Source: an uncultured bacterium
GTDB lineage: Bacteria; Patescibacteriota; Minisyncoccia; UBA6257; 2-01-FULL-56-20
DNA: 64,000 nucleotides
Direction: 5' to 3'
NCBI GenBank assembly: GCA_963719425.1
Contig: OY970382.1
Location: 650,880-714,879, forward strand
Shown: positions 1-10,479 of the stretch, one piece after another
Position numbering within the stretch: position 1 is the first letter of the stretch
Layout of the letters: every line of letters begins with the position of its first letter
The notes under the pieces: model-generated
The model's input: the letters and a program-made list of their open reading frames with translations, nothing else
What the model was told of the DNA's origin: nothing
The model's database searches: none
Translations under genes and position numbers: made by a program

Positions 1-440
1 TGGCGTATGCCGCGTTGGATGTTCTCGGCGAGATTGTCGGAATAATACTTGGACTGACCGAACGCCACTTGGAGCATGAATAACCCCTGCGGGGTAGGTT
101 CAAACCAAAAAGTCGGAAAGCGCAGGGAGACGACCTGCTTCTGATCCACGGCGTAGATGATGCGGCCGCCGTCTATGCTGTTTCTGGCCAGCCTGTCGGG
201 ATGCCACGCAAGGATGCCCACGCCGTCGCTCTTCTCAATGCGAGCCATCATCTCGCCAAACACTTCGCGGCCTGGCGTCTTCGCGCTTTTCGACTCTTGA
301 AATTCGGTGACGATTTCAAGCTTTTCTCTACGGGCATACTCGCGCAACTCGAACAACTGCGCCTCGATGCTCATCACTTGACGGTCGTCGTCCTCGCTGG
401 ACTTCCTAGCGTAGAGAAAATATTTTGGCTTGCCGTTCAT
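1..440 (-). CDS. Large serine recombinase (LSR1), N-terminal part; runs off the window edge
   Basis: Absent from the ORF track. Manual translation from ATG at 440 gives MNGKPKYFLYARKSSEDDDRQVMSIEAQ...GILAWHPDRLARN...SKYYSDNLAENIQRG, with the resolvase YARKS catalytic serine and the DRLxR motif. Confidence 0.93.
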   Translation of the reverse strand, partial: MNGKPKYFLYARKSSEDDDRQVMSIEAQLFELREYARREKLEIVTEFQESKSAKTPGREVFGEMMARIEKSDGVGILAWHPDRLARNSIDGGRIIYAVDQKQVVSLRFPTFWFEPTPQGLFMLQVAFGQSKYYSDNLAENIQRGIR

Positions 441-577
441 CGTTTTTATTTATATGATCGCCCTGTTTGAATTTTCCGAACCCAGCCAGTTTGCCGCGAA
501 GCGGCGCGAGATTTTGGCAGTTGCGTCCGCCGCGCGGACGCAGGGTAAATTTCTTTCTGATCGCGAAGTCTCTATTT

Positions 578-843
578 GCGGTGAAATTCTGGCCTTTGCT
601 CGAACCTATTTTGAGAGAATAGCATAGCAATCCACCCCTTCAAATACCCCTTCAATTGCCCCGCGCCAATTTGAAGGGGTAGCGGATCAAGATTGCCCCG
701 AAAAATCTGGGCTTTCCGACCATCGCCCGACAAAATCCAAAGTCCTACTTCACTCCGCTAGACCCCCTCCGAAATGGTGTGCTCAGCCCCTCGGCCTGCT
801 GGCCTCGGGGCTTCGCGTATGGCGCGCCCAAATTCCTCCCCCA
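578..843 (+). repeat. Left copy of a perfect 266-bp inverted repeat
   Basis: Base-by-base reverse complement of 2417-2682; outer end is the GCGG core; contains three ACCCCTTCAA copies (two tandem, one inverted). Confidence 0.97.
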
Positions 844-909
844 CAAAAAACGCTCGAGGCCGCGTGGCCGAGGTCGATATTTTTTTATAAAGAGTTATAC
901 TGACAGTAA

Positions 910-1980
910 ATGCCTTTTATCAAATCATTGGGTGCGTTTGTTATCGGGCTATTTATCACCTTGAGCGGCGTTTTTGGTTTGCATAAAAATCTCCCGAGTA
1001 GTCCAATTGCGCCCCCTCCCGAACAAAATCAGATAAGTATCACAACCGCAAGCAATACGCCAACTCTGAAAAAGAATGTTAGTTCTAGTGATGATATAAA
1101 AGTAAAACCCCCCAGCATTATTTTAAGCCAACCTAAAATCGAACAGAACACAACGCCAGAAGCATCAGTTACAACCGACTCAGAATCTCAGAAAATATTA
1201 ATATCTGAAGTAGATACATTGCAGAGTTTCCTTAATTTCTATCAAACGTTTTTATTGGAAACACAGAAAGGGATACCACAAGCGTTAAGTTCGATTACCA
1301 CGGACTACAACTCAGCTACGGGCGCAATAACTGCTGAGTATAATATGAATAAAGATTCTTTGACCTCGCAATACAATATGGGTGAATCATATTTAGCAAG
1401 AGCTAAAGATAAAATTAGTCTGAGCCCCGGGATAATAAAAAGCGTCGAGGATAATTATGTGCTTGCTAAAAGCTCGTTTGAATCTTTATATCAAGACGAG
1501 TCGCAACAGCTCCAATCCTCTTATAGCCAATGCACAAATCAAGCGAGCAGTGTAGAAAAATCCAATACCGATAATTACCAATCCATGTCGAGTTACATAT
1601 CTTTAGAACTACCAATCATCAGTTCTCAGCTAAATTTATTGAATCAGTTTAGCAATAAACTTTCGTCGCCACTTTCCGTGTCGGATTTAGCAGAAATAAA
1701 TGCCTCTCTGAGTCAAAACTTTCCTGAATTACAAAATTCAAACTACTATGATTCTTCCGAGGGCGCAATCGTAGAAAGGCCGGAATATGCAAATGGATTT
1801 CCTGCAAACGCCATAGCACAATGCAATGACGGAACATATAGTTTCAGCGAAAATAGCAGCGGGACTTGCTCCTCGCATGGGGGCGTGAATAGTCTGCTAT
1901 ATACGCCACAAGTGAGCGATTGCGTTTCGGCTGCTGCCGATCTGCCATTGGATGATTTACAAAGCCAACTCGGTCTTTAG
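910..1980 (+). CDS. Secreted/membrane-anchored Ser/Gln-rich protein with C-terminal DUF3761-like Cys motif
   Basis: N-terminal hydrophobic helix; AQCNDGTYSFSENSSGTCSSHGGV motif; AT-rich. Confidence 0.75.
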   Translation: MPFIKSLGAFVIGLFITLSGVFGLHKNLPSSPIAPPPEQNQISITTASNTPTLKKNVSSSDDIKVKPPSIILSQPKIEQNTTPEASVTTDSESQKILISEVDTLQSFLNFYQTFLLETQKGIPQALSSITTDYNSATGAITAEYNMNKDSLTSQYNMGESYLARAKDKISLSPGIIKSVEDNYVLAKSSFESLYQDESQQLQSSYSQCTNQASSVEKSNTDNYQSMSSYISLELPIISSQLNLLNQFSNKLSSPLSVSDLAEINASLSQNFPELQNSNYYDSSEGAIVERPEYANGFPANAIAQCNDGTYSFSENSSGTCSSHGGVNSLLYTPQVSDCVSAAADLPLDDLQSQLGL

Positions 1981-2016
1981 TTTAGCCACGAGAGAGGTTA
2001 TTTAAAAAAACAAATT

Positions 2017-2223
2017 ATGAAAAAATATATCCCAGCACCAATTGTAATTGTGTCGTTTGTCGGATTGCTTTTGGCATATCACTTTGCGCCTTGGTGGCTT
2101 TTTGAACTCATTATCGTTGCTTTCATAGGAATAATTTGGGGAGGGCTTTGGTTGCTTGGAGGATATGCCGAAAGAAAGAAAAAAGTAAATCCTAATCAAG
2201 AACAGGAGAAAACAGAAAAATAA
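2017..2223 (+). CDS. Small two-TM membrane protein
   Basis: 68 aa with two hydrophobic segments and a basic tail; follows 910-1980. Confidence 0.65.
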   Translation: MKKYIPAPIVIVSFVGLLLAYHFAPWWLFELIIVAFIGIIWGGLWLLGGYAERKKKVNPNQEQEKTEK

Positions 2224-2416
2224 GATTAATTTATTAAATCAGATATTTCCAAGGGAGCTAGATCGCCTCTTGCCCGCGCAATGGGAGGGCTGGGGCAAGG
2301 GCAAGAACCGCTTTCTGAAGGGTCAGACACACAAAGACGTAGGATTTTCTCACTAGACAGGAATAGGGTCGCAAGACGCGGGACTACCACCTCTGAGCGC
2401 GCCTCAAAGGAGGGGT

Positions 2417-2682
2417 TGGGGGAGGAATTTGGGCGCGCCATACGCGAAGCCCCGAGGCCAGCAGGCCGAGGGGCTGAGCACACCATTTCGGAGGGGGTCT
2501 AGCGGAGTGAAGTAGGACTTTGGATTTTGTCGGGCGATGGTCGGAAAGCCCAGATTTTTCGGGGCAATCTTGATCCGCTACCCCTTCAAATTGGCGCGGG
2601 GCAATTGAAGGGGTATTTGAAGGGGTGGATTGCTATGCTATTCTCTCAAAATAGGTTCGAGCAAAGGCCAGAATTTCACCGC
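2417..2682 (-). repeat. Right copy of the perfect 266-bp inverted repeat
   Basis: Exact reverse complement of 578-843. Confidence 0.97.
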
Positions 2683-2787
2683 CCGTTAGTGCAGCGGTTC
2701 GAGAGACCTCCCGGCCTCGGATTTTGCCATCTTTTTGAAACGCAGTTTAGGCGATGAAAGTCGGCGAGTGTCTAGGATTCGAACTTT
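2679..2787 (-). repeat. att-like repeat arm (copy D), homologous to the tRNA-Ser array repeats
   Basis: Minus strand reads AAAGTTCGAATCC...GACTTTCATCGCCTAAACTG...CCGAGG...CTCGAAC...GCAC...GCGG; 102 bp from GTTCGAATC to GCGG, as in the copies at 41810, 43896 and 48356. Confidence 0.88.
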
Positions 2788-2843
2788 GCATTTTGCGGAT
2801 CAACAAGTAGCCCCCCTGATTATAAAAAGCGGAATGGGTTGGG

Positions 2844-3506
2844 TTACAACTTAAAGAAGCTGAAAAGATTTGCGAAAAAGCTCATAACGGATCCAAAGAA
2901 CCCCTGGCTGACTGTCGCTGTTGAGGTTGAGACAGGCGTCGAACTTGGAGAATCATTGCGATAGCCCGGAAACGTGCCGCTTGCGAATGGCGGCGTACCG
3001 GAAGGTGTCCCTGTCGGGCGATTGTCGATGCGAAGCGTGCTCGAAGGTGTTCCCGTTGGGCGAGTGCCAATGCGAGGAGGCGTACCGCTTGTGTTGATTG
3101 GGCGGGTACTGGAACCCATTCCGCCTGGTCGTCCCGGATAATTACCACTACCGCCGAGACCATCCAGAATACTCGTTGCAATCACTGAATTACCGTTGAC
3201 CGTTCCTTGTACCATAACGGTGTCGCTGACAGCGATATTAGAGAGCGAAGATGCCGACCCATTTTTCGTCACGCTGGCATTTGAGGCATCAACCGTGTAG
3301 GTCGTACTGTTGCGACTATCTGTATCTGTAATGGTAATAGTTGTACCGTTAATTGCGGTTACCTGCCCGAAAACACCAGGGGGCTGACCCATTCCTCCGC
3401 CTCCGGGACCGCCAGCGGGCGGATACGACTCTGCAAGAACGGGTCCTGCGACAAGAACAAACGATGAAATTACGACTGCTGAAATTCCCCATAATCTCTT
3501 TTTCAT
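2844..3506 (-). CDS. Secreted Gly/Pro/Thr-rich protein with DUF5666-like OB-fold
   Basis: Signal peptide; GQVTAINGTTITI...TYTVDAS...GDTVMVQG pattern; low-complexity tail. Confidence 0.7.
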   Translation of the reverse strand: MKKRLWGISAVVISSFVLVAGPVLAESYPPAGGPGGGGMGQPPGVFGQVTAINGTTITITDTDSRNSTTYTVDASNASVTKNGSASSLSNIAVSDTVMVQGTVNGNSVIATSILDGLGGSGNYPGRPGGMGSSTRPINTSGTPPRIGTRPTGTPSSTLRIDNRPTGTPSGTPPFASGTFPGYRNDSPSSTPVSTSTATVSQGFFGSVMSFFANLFSFFKL

Positions 3507-3592
3507 GACAGTGTTTTAATGTTTATACTCTATATACTGGCCGCTCGCAGAAAAAGTTTCATAATTCAATAAAGTTGCGAGAAGATCCACGC

Positions 3593-4816
3593 CTATTCGT
3601 ACCGTAAGGCCTCGATGGGATTCAAGCCAGCCGCCCGGCGTGCAGGGAAATAGCCGAAAACGATGCCGATCAGCATGGAAACTCCTACCGCAAGAAGCAC
3701 GGAATACATGGAGACGGTGGCGGTAAGAAGCCCGGTCAACGTGATAATATATGAAGCGCCGTATCCTATGACAACGCCGATGATGCCCCCGGTCATGGTG
3801 AGCGCAACTGCTTCAGTAAGAAACTGAATGCTGATGTCTCTTTTCTTCGCGCCGATTGCCTTGCGCAGACCGATCTCTTTCGTTCTCTCGGTAACGGTCG
3901 TAAGCATCATATTCATAATACCGATCCCTCCTACGATAAGGGATATCGATGCGATTGCCGCGAGGAGATAGGTAAGCGTGGTGGTGATGCTTGAAAGCGT
4001 CGAAGAAAGACTTGCCTGACTCTCAATGTTGAAATCTGCATTCGCCGAATCAGAAATACGGTGCCGCTTTAAAAGTAGCGCAGTGATACCATCTTGTACG
4101 GACTGTGAATCGCTGGAGGTGTCGGCCTCGACAGATATATCGCTCAGATATTGATTGCCCGTGATCATCTGTTGGGCGGTGGTGAGGGGAATATATGCGG
4201 CGTTATCCGGATTGTTAAATCCCGACCCCCCCTTCGCTTTAGTAATGCCAATGACAGTGAATTCAAGATTATCGATGCGAACAGTCTGGCCGATCGCTTC
4301 CGCGCCCGCGCCGAAGAGATCATCACGCGCCGTGGGGCCGAGAACCACAACCCGCGCATACCCTTGCAAGTTCTTATCTGAGATGAACGATCCCTCCTGC
4401 ATATCCACATTGTGCACGGTCGCGTATACCGTTTCGACGCCGTAGATCGAGGTATTGGTGTTTTTACTCGCCGCGACGATCTGCTGATTCGTGCTTACCT
4501 CGGGCGAAACATTCGCCACTCCGGAGACATGGTCTTGAATTGCGGTAGCATCGTCCCGGGTGAGGCTTTGCGCTGATCCACCGCTTCCCCGAACTTGGCT
4601 GCCGGGAGTCCTTGCCGCCCCCGCCGAAACGGTCAAGAGGTTCGAGCCCAGCCCTTGGATGTTCGACTGGATCGAACTGCTCGTGCCGTTGCCGACCGCA
4701 AGCATGATGATGACCGAAGCGATGCCGATCACAATGCCAAGCACGGTAAGTCCGGATCGTGACTTATTGCTGAGGAGCGCCGACGCGGTTTCCCGATATA
4801 GGTTGCGAATGGTCAT
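3593..4816 (-). CDS. MacB/FtsX-family ABC permease
   Basis: [50 protein letters not shown]. Confidence 0.95.
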   Translation of the reverse strand: MTIRNLYRETASALLSNKSRSGLTVLGIVIGIASVIIMLAVGNGTSSSIQSNIQGLGSNLLTVSAGAARTPGSQVRGSGGSAQSLTRDDATAIQDHVSGVANVSPEVSTNQQIVAASKNTNTSIYGVETVYATVHNVDMQEGSFISDKNLQGYARVVVLGPTARDDLFGAGAEAIGQTVRIDNLEFTVIGITKAKGGSGFNNPDNAAYIPLTTAQQMITGNQYLSDISVEADTSSDSQSVQDGITALLLKRHRISDSANADFNIESQASLSSTLSSITTTLTYLLAAIASISLIVGGIGIMNMMLTTVTERTKEIGLRKAIGAKKRDISIQFLTEAVALTMTGGIIGVVIGYGASYIITLTGLLTATVSMYSVLLAVGVSMLIGIVFGYFPARRAAGLNPIEALRYE

Positions 4817-5529
4817 GCGGGAAGGTTTTTATCGAGATTTTTTTGATTTGGATTCTTCTTGTCTTCAAGAATGAGGCCATCCTTGATAAAAATGATCCGC
4901 TCCGCACAATTCGCCGTATCAGGATCATGGGTGATCAGAATCATCGTGACCTTGTGTTCCTTATTGAGGCGCTGAAAGGTGCCAAGAACGATCTCTCCCG
5001 TTTTTGAGTCAAGATTGCCCGTCGGCTCATCCGCCATAATGACCGAAGGATTATTAACAAGCGATCGAGCGATGGCCACGCGCTGGATCTGCCCTCCTGA
5101 AAGTTGGTTCGATTTATGTGTCCACCGATTTTCGGGAAGTCCTGCCGACTGAAGAGCGGCGGCGGCACGCGGTTCAAGTTCGGCCTCGGGCGCACCGGAA
5201 TATACCAGCGGCAAGGTTACATTGCGCATTACCGTAGTGCGCGGCAGCAAATTGAACGCCTGAAATACGAATCCGATCTTACTCGAACGTATGTCCGCAA
5301 GTTCATCATCGGAAAGCTTTGAAACGTCCTTGCCGTCAAGAAAATATTGTCCCGACGTTGGAGTATCGAGGCATCCCAAGATGTGCATAAGCGTGGACTT
5401 CCCCGATCCGGAGGGGCCGATAATGGCAACGAACTCCCCGTCTTTAATGGAAAACGAGACCCCTTTCAATGCTTGGGTTTCTTCTTCGCCGCTTCCATAG
5501 ACTTTTGTGAGATTTTTGCATTCAATCAT
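4813..5529 (-). CDS. ABC transporter ATPase (MacB/LolD type)
   Basis: Walker [15 protein letters not shown] signature, DEPTGNLD. Confidence 0.96.
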   Translation of the reverse strand: MIECKNLTKVYGSGEEETQALKGVSFSIKDGEFVAIIGPSGSGKSTLMHILGCLDTPTSGQYFLDGKDVSKLSDDELADIRSSKIGFVFQAFNLLPRTTVMRNVTLPLVYSGAPEAELEPRAAAALQSAGLPENRWTHKSNQLSGGQIQRVAIARSLVNNPSVIMADEPTGNLDSKTGEIVLGTFQRLNKEHKVTMILITHDPDTANCAERIIFIKDGLILEDKKNPNQKNLDKNLPA

Positions 5530-5540
5530 GGGATATATAT

Positions 5541-7220
5541 TTAGGCACCGGGGCCGCCCAATAGCCCTCCCGATGATGTCTTGGTAGCGCCCGTAACGGT
5601 ATGCGTTACGATGAGTTCGCCCTCGGTGAGGCCGGAAGTGATAACGGTATTTAAGTTGTCGGAATCTCCCGTTTGCACCGTAACGGAATGCGGGGCGGTA
5701 GTTAATGAAATCGTCGCGCCGTCCTTCGCTCCGGCCACCCCGTCAAGCACCTGCACCGTTGAATTTGACCCCACGCTTAACACTGCTGAGTTAGGGACAA
5801 GGAGCACTCCAGTATCCTGTCCGATAGTTATTGTCGCCGAAACACTCATCCCCGGCTTCACTCCTTGGCCTGAGGCATCGAAAACAATTTTTGCATTATA
5901 ACTCACCACCCCTTGGGTAACCGTACCGATGGTATCGATCTGAGAGACTGTGCCCGTTGCCGTAACGCCGGGCAACGCATTGAAGGTAATGGTTGCTGTA
6001 TCGCCGAGCTTCACCTGCGCCGCATCGACTTCGTTCAACGAGATTTTTGCAATCTGCTCTTTGGTTATGACGGTGGCAATAACCGTATTGGTATTCACGA
6101 CATCGCCGACCGAAACGTTCACGGCGGCAACAACACCGCCAAACGGAGCTTTGATAAAGCTTTGATCGTAGGTGTTCTGAGCGGCTTGCAGTGCCGCCGT
6201 ATCGTTATCGAGCTGCGCCTTCGCCGTTGCGATGTCTTCGGGAAGAACCGGGGCAGTCGTTTGGTTATATGATGCCTGATTTTGTGCAAGCGACGAGGAG
6301 GCAGTTTGAACACTTTGCCCCGCCGCAAGCACGCTTGAAATGTCAGATGAAATGGTCGCCCGCGCCGAATCGACGGTGGTTATATAACTCGTCCCCGCAG
6401 AGGCGGGCACGATATAATTGGTGAGAACGCTCAGCATATCGTTAAGAAACTGGCTGGTCGAAGCGAGGTTGGTGTTGGTTGTCGCGAGCGCCGCAGCAAG
6501 ATCATTGACGTTGATATTCCCCGTGGAGGAGGCGGCCTTTGCAATTTGATCTTGCCATGTCGAAAACATATATTGAGCGCTCAGCCTCTCGTCGTTTATG
6601 TTGTTTTGAAGCTGGGTATTGGTCACGGTACCGCCCGGAACGGAAAATTGCGGATTAGCCGTCGTATTATTTGCATTGCCAAAAAATCCGTTCGTGTTGG
6701 TGAATACCACGGAAAATGTGTCGTTATAGGCACTCTGCAAACGGTTTATGAGTGTTTGTTCGGCATTTTGTAACGAGAGTTGAGCAGAGGCCACCTGCGC
6801 CTGACTCACTGCCACGCTTTGGCTGGTCGCCCCCGCCACCACTTTGTCATAATTTGCCTGTGCGCTTTCAACATTCGCTTTTGCCTGTGTGAGCTGTGTA
6901 AGAGCACTCGCATTACCAATGACCGCAATTTGTTCACCCGCAGTTACGGTGTTGCCTTGTTTTACATCCACCTCAGTAATCGTTGACGCGGACTGAGTCG
7001 TACCCTGCGGTTGGAGATCGACTTGGCTTTCGGCCTCCACTTGGCCAGTGCCATTCACGGTAATTGCAAGATTCCCCTTGGTCACTGTCCCGACCACATA
7101 TTGGGTCGGAGACCCCTTTCCTGCACTCACAATAAAGAATCCGCCAATTACAAGAACGACTACCACAGCAACAGATAGTATCTTGTGCGCTCCCACCCAC
7201 GCAAGAATCTTTTGTTTCAT
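5541..7220 (-). CDS. HlyD/MacA-family membrane fusion protein with long helical hairpin
   Basis: N-terminal TM, lipoyl half-motifs ([16 protein letters not shown]), VKPGMS. Confidence 0.9.
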   Translation of the reverse strand: MKQKILAWVGAHKILSVAVVVVLVIGGFFIVSAGKGSPTQYVVGTVTKGNLAITVNGTGQVEAESQVDLQPQGTTQSASTITEVDVKQGNTVTAGEQIAVIGNASALTQLTQAKANVESAQANYDKVVAGATSQSVAVSQAQVASAQLSLQNAEQTLINRLQSAYNDTFSVVFTNTNGFFGNANNTTANPQFSVPGGTVTNTQLQNNINDERLSAQYMFSTWQDQIAKAASSTGNINVNDLAAALATTNTNLASTSQFLNDMLSVLTNYIVPASAGTSYITTVDSARATISSDISSVLAAGQSVQTASSSLAQNQASYNQTTAPVLPEDIATAKAQLDNDTAALQAAQNTYDQSFIKAPFGGVVAAVNVSVGDVVNTNTVIATVITKEQIAKISLNEVDAAQVKLGDTATITFNALPGVTATGTVSQIDTIGTVTQGVVSYNAKIVFDASGQGVKPGMSVSATITIGQDTGVLLVPNSAVLSVGSNSTVQVLDGVAGAKDGATISLTTAPHSVTVQTGDSDNLNTVITSGLTEGELIVTHTVTGATKTSSGGLLGGPGA

Positions 7221-7233
7221 ATTGTTAGTTCTA

Positions 7234-7476
7234 TTACGGTCGCTCTTTTAAAATTCTGGCGATTTTCCCCAAATGTTCCGTGAAGGCTTTTGCTTTTACG
7301 ATGACAATGCCGTCATCAAAAGGAGTGCCTATGATAAGGAATCGTTCGCCCGATTTTATATGGAGTTTTTTCCGCGCTTCCGCCGGGATGACAACTTGCC
7401 CCTTCTCGTTGATCGTCGATGTCCCATAGATTTCCGACATGGGAGGTATAAAATTACCCTTTTTATTACTTTTCAT
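7234..7476 (-). CDS. AbrB/MazE/SpoVT-family DNA-binding protein
   Basis: STINEKGQVVIPAEARKKLHIKSG motif; first gene of the exporter operon. Confidence 0.88.
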   Translation of the reverse strand: MKSNKKGNFIPPMSEIYGTSTINEKGQVVIPAEARKKLHIKSGERFLIIGTPFDDGIVIVKAKAFTEHLGKIARILKERP

Positions 7477-7540
7477 ATACTTATTATACTACCTCTGGCG
7501 CTATTTTGTTTCAATTTGCAAAATAAGCGCCCAAAAATCA

Positions 7541-8896
7541 TTATAAAATGTCGCTCTTCTTTTCAATCACAAGCTGCTTATTCTTCAGCACCAGCCAGCT
7601 CTTGAGGTTCGTTAGCAACTCCCTTTTCTCCGTAATGCTACCCTCTTTGAGGAGGTATTTAGCATAGGTCTTGAAATCGATGTCGTTGGTTTCTTTCCTG
7701 ATTTTCTCCTCGATTTTGTCGGTACCAAACATCGCCCGCTTAAAGTGTTTATAGCGTTCAATCTCTTCTTCAAATTTCTTTTTGACGCCGAGCTCGTTCA
7801 TGTCGATCCGGTCCATGAGTTTCACGAGCTGTGCAATCAAATCCTCCTCGCGGATCGCACCGCCCTTGCAGTGCAGATCCCTCGATCGTGTGCAGGCGTA
7901 ATAGACGTAGCGATGCACGTTCCCATTTTTCTGCTTCTTGAATTTCTCATCGGCCGTAATGCCCGATCCACACTCGGCGCATTTGATGAGCTTTGTAAAA
8001 GCGAACTCTTTTGATTCCCGTTGGATATGATCTCGCTTTAGTTGTTCCTGTACCTTGTCGAATAAATCTCGCGAGATGAGCGGCTCATGCTTCCCATTGT
8101 ACCAGTTGCCACTTTTCTGCGGATACTCGAAGACGCCGTAATAAAAGGTATTTTGGAGAAGAACATAAATATTTCCGAGCGATAAATGGTGGTTGCTCTT
8201 AGTCCGGAAATTCAGCTCAAATTTCAACCAGTGGAAAAGCTTCCTCCCCGACCAGCGGTCGAAGGCCACCTTTTCGAACATCTTCTTGATAACGGGCGCG
8301 CGCTCGGGATCAATAATAACTTGGCATTTCCGCTCGGCGAGCCGTTGCGTGAGATAGCCCGTGGGTGGGGTTGTCGGCCATAAACCCATCTCGCATCGCG
8401 CCCGCTGCCCTCTCTTTATATTCACGCCTCGGTTGTCGTTCTCAAGCTTCGCCTGCGAGCACAGGATCATGAGGAGGAACTTCTCGTTTGGCGAGTTACT
8501 GAATCGCTGACCGTAAGTGCGGATCTCCATAAGGAGCTTCTGGTCCATGAGGTCCACGAGCGATCCAAGGTCGCCCGCGTTCCTTGAGAGCCGATCAGGT
8601 GCCCACGTGAGGATGCCGTTGAACTTGCCCATGCGAAGATCGTTGATCATCTCGTTGAAGATGGGTCGTTGTCCGGTCGCTTTCGCCGAATGGCTCTCGC
8701 GCTTCATCTCCACGATTTCAAGATTCTCGCGCTCGGCAATCTGGAGCATCTCCTTTATCTGCGAATCAATGGAAAGGATCTGACGCTCCTCCGATTCCGT
8801 GCTTTTCCTCGCGTAAAGGCAGTATTTGACCTTTATGGGAGCCTCCACTGCCGTCTGGGTCCCGACTCCCCGGGGATCCGTTGTTTTTGCTGTCAT
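7541..8896 (-). CDS. Large serine recombinase (LSR2): resolvase, recombinase and Zn-ribbon domains
   Basis: YCLYARKSTE, DRLSRN, HEPLIS, CAECG...YYAC. Confidence 0.95.
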   Translation of the reverse strand: MTAKTTDPRGVGTQTAVEAPIKVKYCLYARKSTESEERQILSIDSQIKEMLQIAERENLEIVEMKRESHSAKATGQRPIFNEMINDLRMGKFNGILTWAPDRLSRNAGDLGSLVDLMDQKLLMEIRTYGQRFSNSPNEKFLLMILCSQAKLENDNRGVNIKRGQRARCEMGLWPTTPPTGYLTQRLAERKCQVIIDPERAPVIKKMFEKVAFDRWSGRKLFHWLKFELNFRTKSNHHLSLGNIYVLLQNTFYYGVFEYPQKSGNWYNGKHEPLISRDLFDKVQEQLKRDHIQRESKEFAFTKLIKCAECGSGITADEKFKKQKNGNVHRYVYYACTRSRDLHCKGGAIREEDLIAQLVKLMDRIDMNELGVKKKFEEEIERYKHFKRAMFGTDKIEEKIRKETNDIDFKTYAKYLLKEGSITEKRELLTNLKSWLVLKNKQLVIEKKSDIL

Positions 8897-9046
8897 ACCA
8901 CAAGGGATGACGCAACGGTGGATGGAGTCCAGACCCCTCGGAAGGCCCTTGAAAAACCCCTAAAAATGTGGTATTCTCATGGGAAATAAGCCCTCGAAAT
9001 TGAGAGAAAGGTCGATTGTGTAAAATCAGCTAACAACAATATTTTC

Positions 9047-9631
9047 ATGACCAAAGAAACATTCTCAAAAGAACTCAAAGAGATCCTCGAGCTTGTAAAA
9101 ATGTGCCCACAAAATCTCCAAGAAAAATGCTTCGAGATTCTTCTTAATGATGCGCTGACATCAATGAAGGGAGGGCGGCGCGCGGACACGGGAGCGAAGG
9201 GAGAAATACCTGACCGCGCCGACGTCGGGGCATCGGGCGTACCCCCCGAGATCAAAAAACGAATCAAGGTCTTCGCCGAACATCACCAGCTTTCCGATGT
9301 TGAGATTTATAAAGTGTTCGGCGTCGACGAAGCGGGAAATGTAAGCATCGAGGCTGCGGATTTGAAGTCTAAGAAAGTTGCGCAACAACAGCGGCGGCTA
9401 GCGTTGCTAATCGGTGTCAAGCATCAATTCGCAGAGAGCAGCTTTGATGTACCAAAGGATGAGTTGCGCGAAGCGTGCGTAACCTATGGAGCATACGACG
9501 CCGCAAACTTTGTGCAGAATCTCAAAAATATGAAAGAGATATTCGCCGGCTTCAAGCCAACCGCGACCAACAAATTATCTCCCTTGGGGAAGACACAAGC
9601 AGCGGCTCTCGTTAAGGAATTAGCTTTGTAA
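9047..9631 (+). CDS. Hypothetical protein, first gene of a two-gene module
   Basis: 194-aa ORF 10 bp upstream of the HEPN gene; possible wHTH-like C-terminus (inference). Confidence 0.75.
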   Translation: MTKETFSKELKEILELVKMCPQNLQEKCFEILLNDALTSMKGGRRADTGAKGEIPDRADVGASGVPPEIKKRIKVFAEHHQLSDVEIYKVFGVDEAGNVSIEAADLKSKKVAQQQRRLALLIGVKHQFAESSFDVPKDELREACVTYGAYDAANFVQNLKNMKEIFAGFKPTATNKLSPLGKTQAAALVKELAL

Positions 9632-9641
9632 ATTATGCCGC

Positions 9642-10460
9642 ATGGTAGAACAACTGGAACGCTTCCTGTCGTCCCTTGCGGAACTTCAAGAAGCCATCAA
9701 GAAAAATAAATCCGACTTTATTTCTCGCTCCGCTCTGCGAGGTAGCGTTGCAGATTGCGGGAAGTTTTGGCTTGGTAAGCTCTCGACCCAAATCCGTGGT
9801 GAGGGGTTGATTGACGATCAAATTCTTAACGCGATAGATGAAAAAATCGAAAAGTTGTTAGAGTTGACTTCGAATAACAACCGAAAAAACTCTTACCTCG
9901 GTTTGCTCAACGCGCTGCCGAAGGAAATCCAAAAGGGAGTCCTCGTCCCTATTATCAAGAAAACGAAAACGGCGCAAAATCCACTCGCCGCCTCGATCCT
10001 GTCGAAGATTTATTCCAGCCTCTCTTCTGACGAGGAGAGAAAATATTTTGAGGAGGCTGCTCGGGCGGCGGCCAGTGAGTGCTATAAGGCTGCAACAGTA
10101 ATGGTATGGTGCGCAGCAATTGATAGGCTTCGAAAGGTGGTTGAGAAGTTAGGTTTGAAAAATTTTAATAAAACCTCGAAACAGCTGAAGGCGCGGAAGA
10201 CCGGGTACTATAAACGTTTTTCTAAAGAATTTGATATATCACAGACCAACGAATTACCGGAGGTTTTTGATAAAGATTTGATCACGGTTCTTTCGGCAAT
10301 GGTAAATCTGGATTTGAACGAACTAGCAGCGATTATCCACCTCTTTGACGTACGCAACCACTGTGCCCATCCGTCTAGCTACGTCATGGACGAATTGGCC
10401 TATATCAACTACCTCAATGAGGTGTTGAAACTGGTGCTGTCCAATCCAAAATTTCTATAA
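9642..10460 (+). CDS. HEPN-domain protein (DUF4145/Swt1-like), putative RNase effector
   Basis: YKAATVMVWCAAIDRLR helix and RxxxxH motif RNHCAH. Confidence 0.75.
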   Translation: MVEQLERFLSSLAELQEAIKKNKSDFISRSALRGSVADCGKFWLGKLSTQIRGEGLIDDQILNAIDEKIEKLLELTSNNNRKNSYLGLLNALPKEIQKGVLVPIIKKTKTAQNPLAASILSKIYSSLSSDEERKYFEEAARAAASECYKAATVMVWCAAIDRLRKVVEKLGLKNFNKTSKQLKARKTGYYKRFSKEFDISQTNELPEVFDKDLITVLSAMVNLDLNELAAIIHLFDVRNHCAHPSSYVMDELAYINYLNEVLKLVLSNPKFL

Positions 10461-10479
10461 ATTTTCTGCTCTCGGGCAG

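Noticed and set aside
201-470. 89-aa plus-strand ORF
   Set aside because: Antisense to the LSR1 gene
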